From contig JAUCBJ010001964.1 in NCBI GenBank assembly GCA_032718475.1, forward strand, positions 1 to 44,915: a stretch of DNA of 44,915 bases. The letters are read 5' to 3'. The stretch is from Nemertoderma westbladi (Eukaryota; Animalia; Xenacoelomorpha). A program made the position numbers and the translations under genes. Numbering within the stretch: the first letter of the stretch is position 1; each line of letters begins with the position of its first letter. Shown here one piece after another: positions 1-13,200 of the stretch. The notes beneath the pieces are model-generated. The model had not been told where the DNA came from and made no database searches. It worked only from the letters and a program-made list of their open reading frames with translations.

Positions 1-3000
1 TAATAGGATTATGTTGTCTCTTCTATTGCATGATAATTCCATATAAAAAATAACGTTAATTAATATAGGAAGTCTCTTTCATTGTACGATAATTCCATAT
101 AAAAAATAACGTTAATTAATATAGGAAGTCTCTTTCATTGTACGATAATTCCATATAAAAAGAACCTTAATAAATATAGGAAGTCTCCTTCATTGTATGA
201 TAATTCCATATAAAAAATAACGTTAATTAATATAGGAAGTCTCTTTCATTGTACGATAATTCCATATAAAAAGAACCTTAATTAATATAGGAAGTCTCCT
301 TCATTGTATGATAATTCCATATAAAAAATAACGTTAATTAATATAGGAAGTCTCTTTCATTGTACGATAATTCCATATAAAAAGAACCTTAATTAATATA
401 GGAAGTCTCCTTCATTGTATGATAATTCCATATAAAAATAACCTTAATAAATATAGGAAGTCTCCTTCATTGTATGATAATTCCATATAAAAAATAACGT
501 TAATTAATATAGGAAGTCTCTTTCATTGTACGATAATTCCATATAAAAAGAACCTTAATTAATATAGGAAGTCTCCTTCATTGTATGATAATTCCATATA
601 AAAATAACCTTAATTAATATAGGAAGTCTCCTTTCATTGTACGATAATTCCATATAAAAATAACCTTAATAAATATAGGAGGTCTCCTTCATTGTATGAT
701 AATTCCATATAAAAAATAACGTTAATTAATATAGGAAGTCTCTTTCATTGTACGATAATTCCATATAAAAAGAACCTTAATTAATATAGGAAGTCTCCTT
801 CATTGTATGATAATTCCATATAAAAATAACCTTAATAAATATAGGAAGTCTCCTTCATTGTACGATAATTCCATATAAAAATAACCTTAATTAATATAGG
901 AAGTCTCCTTCATTGTACGATAATTCCATATAAAAAGAACCTTAATTAATATAGGAAGTCTCCTTCATTGTATGATAATTCCATATAAAAATAACCTTAA
1001 TTAATATAGGAAGTCTCCTTCATTGTACGATAATTCCATATAAAAATAACCTTAATAAATATAGGAAGTCTCCTTCATTGTACGATAATTCCATATAAAA
1101 ATAACCTTAATTAATATAGGAAGTCTCCTTCATTGTATGATAATTCCATATAAAAAGAACCTTAATAAATATAGGAAGTCTCCTTCATTGTACGATAATT
1201 CCATATAAAAAGAACCTTAATTAATATAGGAAGTCTCCTTTCATTGTACGATAATTCCATATAAAAAGAACCTTAATAAATATAGGAAGTCTCCTTCATT
1301 GTACGATAATTCCATATAAAAATAACCTTAATTAATATAGGAAGTCTCCTTCATTGTATGATAATTCCATATAAAAAGAACCTTAATTAATATAGGAAGT
1401 CTCCTTCATTGTACGATAATTCCATATAAAAAGAACCTTAATAAATATAGGAAGTCTCCTTCATTGTACGATAATTCCATATAAAAAGAACCTTAATAAA
1501 TATAGGAAGTCTCCTTCATTGTACGATAATTCCATATAAAAATAACCTTAATTAATATAGGAAGTCTCTTTCATTGTATGATAATTCCATATAAAAAGAA
1601 CCTTAATTAATATAGGAAGTCTCCTTCATTGTACGATAATTCCATATAAAAAGAACCTTAATTAATATAGGAAGTCTCTTTCATTGTACGATAATTCCAT
1701 ATAAAAAGAACCTTAATTAATATAGGAAGTCTCCTTCATTGTACGATAATTCCATATAAAAATAACCTTAATTAATATAGGAAGTCTCTTTCATTGTACG
1801 ATAATTCCATATAAAAAGAACCTTAATTAATATAGGAAGTCTCCTTCATTGTATGATAATTCCATATAAAAAGAACCTTAATTAATATAGGAAGTCTCCT
1901 TCATTGTACGATAATTCCATATAAAAAGAACCTTAATTAATATAGGAAGTCTCTTTCATTGTACGATAATTCCATATAAAAAGAACCTTAATTAATATAG
2001 GAAGTCTCCTTCATTGTACGATAATTCCATATAAAAAGAACCTTAATTAATATAGGAAGTCTCCTTCATTGTATGATAATTCCATATAAAAAGAACCTTA
2101 ATTAATATAGGAAGTCTCCTTCATTGTACGATAATTCCATATAAAAAGAACCTTAATTAATATAGGAAGTCTCTTTCATTGTACGATAATTCCATATAAA
2201 AAGAACCTTAATTAATATAGGAAGTCTCTTCCATTGTATGATAATTCCATATAAAAACAACCTTAATTAATATAGGAAGTCTCCTTTCATTGTACGATAA
2301 TTCCATATAAAAAGAACCTTAATAAATATAGGAAGTCTCCTTCATTGTACGATAATTCCATATAAAATAACCTTAATTAATATAGGAAGTCTCCTTCATT
2401 GTATGATAATTCCATATAAAAAGAACCTTAATTAATATAGGAAGTCTCTTTCATTGTACGATAATTCCATATAAAAAGAACCTTAATTAATATAGGAAGT
2501 CTCTTTCATTGTACGATAATTCCATATAAAAATAACCTTAATAAATATAGGAAGTCTCCTTCATTGTATGATAATTCCATATAAAAAATAACGTTAATTA
2601 ATATAGGAAGTCTCCTTCATTGTACGATAATTCCATATAAAAAATAACGTTAATTAATATAGGAAGTCTCTTTCATTGTACGATAATTCCATATAAAAAA
2701 TAACGTTAATTAATATAGGAAGTCTCCTTCATTGTACGATAATTCCATATAAAAAATAACGTTAATTAATATAGGAAGTCTCTTTCATTGTACGATAATT
2801 CCATATAAAAAATAACGTTAATTAATATAGGAAGTCTCCTTCATTGTATGATAATTCCATATAAAAAATAACGTTAATTAATATAGGAAGTCTCTTTCAT
2901 TGTACGATAATTCCATATAAAAAATAACGTTAATTAATATAGGAAGTCTCTTTCATTGTACGATAATTCCATATAAAAAATAACGTTAATTAATATAGGA

Positions 3001-6000
3001 AGTCTCTTTCATTGTACGATAATTCCATATAAAAAGAACCTTAATAAATATAGGAGGTCTCCTTCATTGTATGATAATTCCATATAAAAAATAACGTTAA
3101 TTAATATAGGAAGTCTCTTTCATTGTACGATAATTCCATATAAAAAATAACGTTAATTAATATAGGAAGTCTCTTTCATTGTACGATAATTCCATATAAA
3201 AAGAACCTTAATAAATATAGGAGGTCTCCTTCATTGTATGATAATTCCATATAAAAAATAACGTTAATTAATATAGGAAGTCTCTTTCATTGTACGATAA
3301 TTCCATATAAAAAATAACGTTAATTAATATAGGAAGTCTCTTTCATTGTACGATAATTCCATATAAAAAGAACCTTAATAAATATAGGAGGTCTCCTTCA
3401 TTGTATGATAATTCCATATAAAAAATAACGTTAATTAATATAGGAAGTCTCTTTCATTGTACGATAATTCCATATAAAAAGAACCTTAATTAATATAGGA
3501 AGTCTCCTTCATTGTATGATAATTCCATATAAAAAATAACGTTAATTAATATAGGAAGTCTCTTTCATTGTACGATAATTCCATATAAAAAGAACCTTAA
3601 TTAATATAGGAAGTCTTCTTCATTGTATGATAATTCCATATAAAAAGAACCTTAATAAATATAGGAGGTCTCCTTCATTGTATGATAATTCCATATAAAA
3701 AATAACGTTAATTAATATAGGAAGTCTCTTTCATTGTACGATAATTCCATATAAAAAGAACCTTAATTAATATAGGAAGTCTCCTTCATTGTATGATAAT
3801 TCCATATAAAATAACCTTAATTAATATAGGAAGTCCCTTTCATTGTACGATAATTCCATATAAAAAGAACCTTAATAAATATAGGAGGTCTCCTTCATTG
3901 TATGATAATTCCATATAAAAAATAACGTTAATTAATATAGGAAGTCTCTTTCATTGTACGATAATTCCATATAAAAAGAACCTTAATTAATATAGGAAGT
4001 CTCCTTCATTGTATGATAATTCCATATAAAAAGAACCTTAATAAATATAGGAAGTCTCCTTCATTGTACGATAATTCCATATAAAAAGAACCTTAATAAA
4101 TATAGGAAGTCTCCTTCATTGTACGATAATTCCATATAAAAAGAACCTTAATTAATATAGGAAGTCTCCTTCATTGTATGATAATTCCATATAAAAAGAA
4201 CCTTAATAAATATAGGAAGTCTCCTTCATTGTACGATAATTCCATATAAAAAGAACCTTAATAAATATAGGAAGTCTCCTTCATTGTACGATAATTCCAT
4301 ATAAAATAACCTTAATTAATATAGGAAGTCTCCTTCATTGTATGATAATTCCATATAAAAAGAACCTTAATAAATATAGGAAGTCTCCTTCATTGTACGA
4401 TAATTCCATATAAAAAGAACCTTAATTAATATAGGAAGTCCCTTTCATTGTACGATAATTCCATATAAAAAGAACCTTAATAAATATAGGAAGTCTCCTT
4501 CATTGTACGATAATTCCATATAAAATAACCTTAATTAATATAGGAAGTCTCCTTCATTGTATGATAATTCCATATAAAAAGAACCTTAATTAATATAGGA
4601 AGTCTCCTTCATTGTACGATAATTCCATATAAAAAGAACCTTAATAAATATAGGAAGTCTCCTTCATTGTACGATAATTCCATATAAAAAGAACCTTAAT
4701 AAATATAGGAAGTCTCCTTCATTGTACGATAATTCCATATAAAATAACCTTAATTAATATAGGAAGTCTCTTTCATTGTATGATAATTCCATATAAAAAG
4801 AACCTTAATTAATATAGGAAGTCTCCTTCATTGTACGATAATTCCATATAAAAAGAACCTTAATTAATATAGGAAGTCTCTTTCATTGTACGATAATTCC
4901 ATATAAAAAGAACCTTAATTAATATAGGAAGTCTCCTTCATTGTACGATAATTCCATATAAAAAGAACCTTAATTAATATAGGAAGTCTCTTTCATTGTA
5001 CGATAATTCCATATAAAAAGAACCTTAATTAATATAGGAAGTCTCTTCCATTGTATGATAATTCCATATAAAAAGAACCTTAATTAATATAGGAAGTCTC
5101 CTTCATTGTACGATAATTCCATATAAAAAGAACCTTAATTAATATAGGAAGTCTCTTTCATTGTACGATAATTCCATATAAAAAGAACCTTAATTAATAT
5201 AGGAAGTCTCCTTCATTGTACGATAATTCCATATAAAAAGAACCTTAATTAATATAGGAAGTCTCCTTCATTGTATGATAATTCCATATAAAAAGAACCT
5301 TAATTAATATAGGAAGTCTCCTTCATTGTACGATAATTCCATATAAAAAGAACCTTAATTAATATAGGAAGTCTCTTTCATTGTACGATAATTCCATATA
5401 AAAAGAACCTTAATTAATATAGGAAGTCTCTTCCATTGTATGATAATTCCATATAAAAACAACCTTAATTAATATAGGAAGTCCCTTTCATTGTACAATA
5501 ATTCCATATAAAAAGAACCTTAATAAATATAGGAAGTCCCCTTCATTGTACGATAATTCCATATAAAATAACCTTAATTAATATAGGAAGTCTCCTTCAT
5601 TGTATGATAATTCCATATAAAAAGAACCTTAATTAATATAGGAAGTCTCTTTCATTGTACGATAATTCCATATAAAAAGAACCTTAATTAATATAGGAAG
5701 TCTCTTCCATTGTATGATAATTCCATATAAAAACAACCTTAATTAATATAGGAAGTCCCTTTCATTGTACGATAATTCCATATAAAAAGAACCTTAATAA
5801 ATATAGGAGGTCTCCTTCATTGTATGATAATTCCATATAAAAAATAACGTTAATTAATATAGGAAGTCTCTTTCATTGTACGATAATTCCATATAAAAAG
5901 AACCATAATAAATATAGGAAGTCTCTTTCATTGTACGATAATTCCATATAAAAAGAACCTTAATAAATATAGGAGGTCTCCTTCATTGTATGATAATTCC

Positions 6001-7068
6001 ATATAAAAAATAACGTTAATTAATATAGGAAGTCTCTTTCATTGTGCGAGAATTCCATATAAAAAGAACCTTAATAAATATAGGAGGTCTCCTTCATTGT
6101 ATGATAATTCCATATAAAAAATAACGTTAATTAATATAGGAAGTCTCTTTCATTGTACGATAATTCCATATAAAAAGAACCTTAATAAATATAGGAAGTC
6201 TCTTTCATTGTACGATAATTCCATATAAAAAGAACCTTAATAAATATAGGAAGTCTCTTTCATTGTACGATAATTCCATATAAAAAGAACCTTAATAAAT
6301 ATAGGAGGTCTCCTTCATTGTATGATAATTCCATATAAAAAATAACGTTAATTAATATAGGAAGTCTCTTTCATTGTGCGAGAATTCCATATAAAAAGAA
6401 CCTTAATAAATATAGGAAGTCTCTTTCATTGTACGATAATTCCATATAAAAAGAACCTTAATAAATATAGGAAGTCTCTTTCATTGTACGATAATTCCAT
6501 ATAAAAAGAACCTTAATAAATATAGGAGGTCTCCTTCATTGTATGATAATTCCATATAAAAAATAACGTTAATTAATATAGGAAGTCTCTTTCATTGTGC
6601 GAGAATTCCATATAAAAAGAACCTTAATAAATATAGGAGGTCTCCTTCATTGTATGATAATTCCATATAAAAAATAACGTTAATTAATATAGGAAGTCTC
6701 TTTCATTGTGCGAGAATTCCATATAAAAATAACCTTAATAAATATAGGAAGTCTCCTTCATTGTACGATAATTCCATATAAAATAACCTTAATTAATATA
6801 GGAGGTCTCTTTCATTGTACGATAAATCCATATAAACATAACCTTAATTAATATAGGAAGTCTCTTCCATTGTATGATAATTCCATATAAAAATAACCTT
6901 AATTAATATAGGAAGTCTCTTTCATTGTACGATAAATCCATATAAAAATAACCTTAATTAATATAGGAAGTCTCTTCCATTGTATGATAATTCCATATAA
7001 AAATAACCTTAATTAATATAGGAAGTCCCTTTCATTGTACGATAATTCCATATAAAAATAACTTTAAT
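1..7068. repeat. Satellite DNA array, 55-56 bp monomer (consensus AGGAAGTCTCYTTCATTGTAYGATAATTCCATATAAAAAGAACCTTAATTAATAT), roughly 125-130 copies
   Basis: Direct periodicity, e.g. AGGAAG at 4871 and 4926 (55 bp); 56-bp variants carry AAAAAATAACGTT; units degenerate at both edges. Confidence 0.98.
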
Positions 7069-7347
7069 ATAAGTAGTCTATTTCATTACTAGTCTACAGT
7101 GATTCTGTATAAACTTATTTCCAATATACTGTACTTACAAAAGATAGTGCTGACCTTAGTGTTGGTTATGAAGGTTAGAGCGGACTTAGAATTTAGATTT
7201 GAGGGTTTAGAACGATTTGAACTGATTTGAAATACGATTACTCTCCAGGTACTATGGGGGAGTAATAGCTACCGGCTGGAGTGGCCGAGGCCAAACGCAA
7301 ACCAGATCATCCAGTGGCTCTGTCGGGAATGTGGTTCCAGTCGTTTT

Positions 7348-7947
7348 CTACATTGTTGTACTCGTGTCCCCAGTCGAGAGCATCACACGTAGTTTTAAGA
7401 GATTGTAGCAGTCGATATCTTTCTCCATTATACTTGCCGTTGAGGGGACCTTCTCCGGTTCTCGCTTTCCTTTGAGCAGTTTGAATCGGACGTCCTCGTA
7501 GTGATGGATGGGTATAAACCGATGAGAGGCCGAGATTTTGGCCATTATCTGGCCACGTTGTACTGCAGTGGCGGCGATCAGTTTCTTAAATTTTAAAATC
7601 TTGATGTATTGTAGGAGGTTAGACCTGAATGGTGTCAAATGGTTGGTTATATAAATCTTCTCTGGGAGATCTTTAGTGTTTGTAAATACCTTCTCGTGCT
7701 CCCGGTGACCACCGAATCGAACAATAATTGGTTGGCTTTTCACCCGGCCATCCAAAAGCATGTTCTTTGAGTCGTGACGTCCATTTCGATGACAAATATC
7801 CACAGAATCGACGTTGAGTTGGAGATGTTCTAGAGTGGGAATGATTTTATTTAGTGTGTGGTTTGGTGGTGTTGGTACTGTTATCTGGAATTCCGTGGAT
7901 TAGGACGTTGTGCCACCGTCCGTATTGTTCCAACTGATCTGAGTTAA
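7348..7947 (-). pseudogene. LINE ORF1-like (L1 Transposase_22/RRM / FP25K-like) protein, C-terminal part, with one frameshift near 7860-7880
   Basis: Minus-strand motifs DQLEQYGRWHNVLIHGIP, VDICHR, QPIIVRF and IYITNHLT match the EQYSR..N..I.GIP / D..HR / PIIVRF / I.I.E.LT pattern of CR1/L2-group ORF1 proteins. Confidence 0.75.
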
Positions 7948-9371
7948 GGGGAGATGGTACCCCAGGCTATCCCCATACATTTTACTATTAACACATATTT
8001 ACCCATTACGCTGGTTCCACAGGATGGAATTTCATGAAAATTTCCAGAAGGGCGGAGTACCTATCGAGATACACCTGGAACCTAAAAAAAATTGAAATTT
8101 TTTTGTGTCTATGTTTGAGGGTCACTTAATTGCACCAAAAACAAAAAAATGACACATTTTCGAAGTTTATATTAGAAATACATTTAATAATTGTTTTAAA
8201 CATATGTTTTTAGAGGTTCTACAATTGTTCTCACTACAGCAAACATGCTGCTAAAATTTCAGCCAATTCCATCAAGCCGTTCTCGAGAAAAAGGTACATT
8301 TATTTCTAAATTTCCCGAAAAATAAGATACTGAGAAAAACGCATTTTAAGTTTTCAAACCTTCCCGCTAATATTAGGTAAAAGGCATGAAATTTCAAAAA
8401 TAAGCCAAAATATATTAAACTACTCCAGCGAACCAAAATTTACGATTTAGTTGTTTTCGTAGTCGCTGAATTCATTTCTGATATATGTTTTAATGTTTGA
8501 TGACATGTTTGATTTTATTATTTTTATCGGCTATTGACTATATGTTGGAGATTCTCGCATTCTAATACACTCAATAGGATGAATCTCCGCTCCCATGATC
8601 TATTAATTAATGGAATTTTGGGAATGTTATAAATTGTACAAAATGACAATTTATGAAATTCATTTAAAAATATGAATTTAAATTTATTCCCGTGAATTTT
8701 ATTATTTGATGTTAAAATTGACACAATTTGATTCCAGAGCAGGTCTGGGGACATAGGATCCTTAATTCTATGAAATTTGTCTTTTAAGAGTATCGGTAAG
8801 GGCTACGATATCTTAATTGACTAGAATTACAGATGGTCAAAAGGTTTAACAGATTTATTTGCGTTTTACGCTACTGTTATATGGACATCACGCTACTATA
8901 TGTATTATTTAATATAAGGTAGAAGAGCAATATCGCACGAAGCAATGTCAGTGTGAAGAGGCAAGTCGTTTCCAAGGTCTACCCAGAGCTTGGTTTAGCC
9001 GAGACACGAGGATCTGAATTTTGCATTCCTAATACTCTGCCTACCAATAATACTTGAATATAGTAGTGGCTTTATTGTACTTTAAGAAGTACGGACATTT
9101 CATCTTACTGTAGCCACGTATTTATAATATGATACGGACAGTAAGGAAAGAGAAAAAATTATTTCTCGCCGTCGCACTAAATATATTATAAGTAATTACG
9201 TACGTAATAAACACTAATATATTGCACTAATCTACTAAATAATCACTAAAATATCATTCTACTAAATAAAATTGAATAAAAACGATTATAATAAAATACA
9301 TAATAAAGTTCGCATATAAAAATATAATAAAGTAGATAAAACAATATAGTCATACACCCACTCCAGACGTA

Positions 9372-10237
9372 TCACGTTAGGGAGTCCCTAGATGTTTGAG
9401 GAATTAGGGAGGTGGTCGTGGGAAGAGTGTCTTGCCTTCCATAGTTTCCGGAGAGTTCTCTGTCTCTTTCCAGTAAACATAAACGACCAACTGGGCGATT
9501 GAGTTGTTGCGTCTCAAAGATTATGCCTGGCTTCTTGAAGTTACGCCGCATGACGACAAGTTCTACTGAGCGTACTAAACCATCGTCCGAGAGGTGAGTC
9601 TCGATGATACGACCTGTCTGCCACCGTTTACGTGGGAGGTCTGGATCTACAATAAGCACCATATCTCCGGCGCTGACGTTTTCTTGCTGCGCAAACCACT
9701 TAGTTCGAAGTTGTAGCGTGGGCAGATAATGTTTCTCGAAATGGTCAGCGAAACGACGGGATAGCAACTGCATAAGTTGCCAAGTTCGACGGCAGTATTC
9801 ATCTCCGTCGGCAATCTCCGATCGTGGGAGCATGGCTACAGGTTTCTTCAGTAGGAAGTACGCGGGTGTTAGCGCTTCCAGGGAATCGGGACTGGATGAG
9901 ACTGGCATAAGCGGTCTCTCGTTGAGATAGGCAGCGATTTCCTCCATTAATGTCCGCAAAAGTTCGTCGGTGAGATACGCGCGGCATGGCACTATAAAGT
10001 GAAATGCGGTTTTGACACTTCGAATTAATCTCTCCCAACTTCCTCCCCACCAAGGGGCGTCGGCGGCGTTGAAGGTCCAGCTAGACGCTGTTATCCTTAG
10101 CTGGTCGTCCACCTGTCTTTGGTTCCAGTCCTTCACGTAAGCCTGTATTTCGTTGTTGGCACCAATGAAGTTCGTTCCCTTATCCGATCTCATGGTATTA
10201 CTCGTCCCGAAGCGAGCGATCTGTCGTCGTAAACTTA
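9372..10237 (-). pseudogene. BEL integrase core and C-terminus, separated from the main ORF by a 1-bp frameshift at ~10238
   Basis: SDKGTNF, APWWGGSWERLIRSVK, LNERPL, LTPAYFL, W..GRIIE and DGLVRSV are BEL integrase motifs; the alternative frame reads (F-I)-L-S-L-R-R-Q-I-A-R-F-G into it. Confidence 0.9.
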
Positions 10238-13200
10238 GATGAAGCTGTTGGTAGATAGATCGTTCACCATATCGAGATGGATGGCTCTACAAGTCATGCA
10301 CACGAAGATGACACACCATCTCTTGACTATAGTCCTAGCACGATATACTTCAATAGGGCCAAATAAATCTACACCAGTATTAGTAAAAGGTGGTTCATAG
10401 AAGCTTACTCGTTCCCTAGGTAATTCTGCCTCTCGCTGTGTTAAAGGCCTACTGAATGCTTTCCTACAGGGTATGCAGTTTCTAAGAACTTGGTTCAGAG
10501 CTCTACGGGGTTTATCAAAATAATAGCGAGTTCGAATTTCGCTAAGAACTCGTTCTCTACCAGCATGATAAAGTTTACTGTGAACATCTACAATCATCTT
10601 GATTTGTACTTCAAGATTTCTAATGAGTATGGGGAATTTAGTGTCAAAGGATAATGGCGCATTGGTGAGTCTTCCTCCAACACGTATTAACCCATCTATC
10701 ATTGTGCTTGAGAATCGATCCCTTAAGCGCATCTGCGGATTTCTCAATAACAGGAAATACTTTTCGGAATCCTCATAGCATTGCAGGAGTCTCAGTATCT
10801 GCTTATTAGTTTCTTCATGCTCCTGGTGACTAATTTTCTCGTTTAGAAAACGGTCAGATGTCTTATATTTGGGTAAATTATTAATAACATGAACTTGTGC
10901 AGATGTCAATGGAGCGTTATCGCTAGTGGTCTTCGTCCTGGAGTAGTGATGATGAAAACATCGTCTTAAATATGTGACGGCTTTACAGAGCCGATTCCAG
11001 GAACTGTAATGATGCATTGCTCTCTGCAGCATGGGTGAGATTCCTTGCGAGACGTCTGGTATTCCAGATTTCCAATCTCTATCTCTAATTTCCATAACAG
11101 ACTTATTTGTGTTGAGGGATTGTGGATCCGAAGCATCATTCCCGGAAGTATGTAATACAGATAGATCGATAGTCGGTTTAAATAACTTCGATTTACTCGC
11201 CCGGGTTTTAGGTTTGACTGTCTCCGCTCCCTTGGCTTGTCTAATCTCTGCCGTAGTAAGGTGAGGAGGCCATTCATCCTCTTCCTTGCTCAGGAAGTCG
11301 GGTCCACCTAACCAGCCTGGATTATCTATCAGTTCTTGAGGAGTTGCTCCTCTGGAAGCGATGTCGGCTGGATTAATCGTCCCAAGGCAATGTCTCCATT
11401 GATCTACATTGGAGTTAATATCGTCATTATCTGAGGAGTATGGTGTTCCCTCAGTTGGATCGTCCACATCACTGCTCTCCACTTCCCATTCCTTTACTTG
11501 GTATACCTGTTGTTGAGGTAATCTCTCTTTGAGAGTTCTACGGGAAGGGCCAGTGAAGTACCAACCTACTCTAGTTCTTACCGCATAGGTTTGTAGTGGC
11601 TGCGGTTGAGCAGGCCGTTTCTCCAATGTCTCGAGCGCCTCATGCGCGTTTTGGCCGATGAGTATTTGCACTCCAGGATAATCTGTCTGGAATCGAGGTA
11701 TCTTAAGATGTTGGATGCTCTCATCCTTGTCCCAATTATAAAGGTCTGCTTGGGTAGTAGCGAAGTTCTTTATAGCCACCATTTTTACCGACCTTATACC
11801 TTGTGCTCCTAATTTATCCTGGGGGGTGGACAACACACCTACATAGTAGTCTGCCGTTAGGGTAGATTTCCAAACCTGCATAATTCCTGACATATTCAAT
11901 TTAGTCCGGAACTTGGGTTGTCCAGCAAAGATATCTTCGGCTAGTTCTTGATCGATGAATGTTCCTGTGCTGCCGGAGTCAAGGAGGGCATTCACTATGT
12001 AACTTTTGTTAAGACCGTGAACTCTTACCTGCACTACAGGAAATTCTCTGATTCCTACGTTGGAAGTTGGAGCTTTCCAAGATGGTTGTTTGGCAAAAGT
12101 AGTTGGGGGAAACTCATTGTTGGTGTCCTTTTCATAAGTAAGTGCTCGATACACTGCGGTATTGATTAGATAACAGGATTCGTTGGCGTCGGAGAATTCG
12201 TCAGTATAGAATCCTTCCATCTCAGATTCTTGATCAGTGTCGTTTACATCACTGAATTGGACATGTAGTTCGGGCTCACTTACCTGACCCAGTTTGTCTC
12301 GTTCGAACTCACTGTGTAACAAGATGTGATGTTTCGCGCCACACTTTGCACACTTTATGTCGGAGTAACAGGTTCGCCGTTGGTGTCCTGATCTGAGGCA
12401 ATTATAGCATAACCGCTTATTCCACAAGACTGTACGTCTGTCTACCAGGGATTTCTTTAGGAATTCAGCACACACACTCAAACGGTGGGGCCCGTCGCAC
12501 AGCGCACATTTTGGTTTGATGTTACTCACTTTACCTTGGGTAACGTTATGCACTCTCGTTCTTTCTTCGGGCTTTCTTCCGTGAATTCTCTTAGGAGACG
12601 TAGGAGGAGTTGTTGTTACCTGTTCTCTCCTGTCACTGGTTCGAGACTTATATTTACTTACGTCTTTATAGGTCTTGTTGTCATAGTAAGATTTTGCTGT
12701 GTCTTTCCCGCTGTCCTCTTCTTGAGAAGCTTGGCTTTCGCCGTCGTCAGTGTAACACACCGGTGTTACTCTTCTCCTAGAAGCGGGTTTCTCACTTACC
12801 TTATTTTCCGATGTTTTTTCTCTGGACTGCTTGATGAGTTGTAGTTTTACTTCACCATCTAAGAAGGACATGAGATCAGCCATGGTAGGACTTCGTCGTT
12901 GTTGTTCATTCATGTACAACACTTGCTTGTCCCAGCGTGTACATACTCCACCCTTTGGTAAAGTAGAGACTACGGCTCCAATAACCATGGAACTCTGATA
13001 TTCATGCGACTTACCTAACCAGTCCAGTTGTCTACAGATCTCTTGAATCTCATCGGAAAACTCTATAATCCCGCTACTAAGGAAGTGTCGGGGGGCTACT
13101 AATTTTGCATACAAATACTTAGCTATGTTATCCTTGTTACCATACCTGATGTTTAATGTATCCCAAACTTGTCTTAATCCTTCTGGATGTCCAATAAACT

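Noticed and set aside
1-7068. CRISPR-like array
   Set aside because: Contiguous monomers with no unique spacers and no cas genes; eukaryotic satellite. The same applies to 44303-44691.
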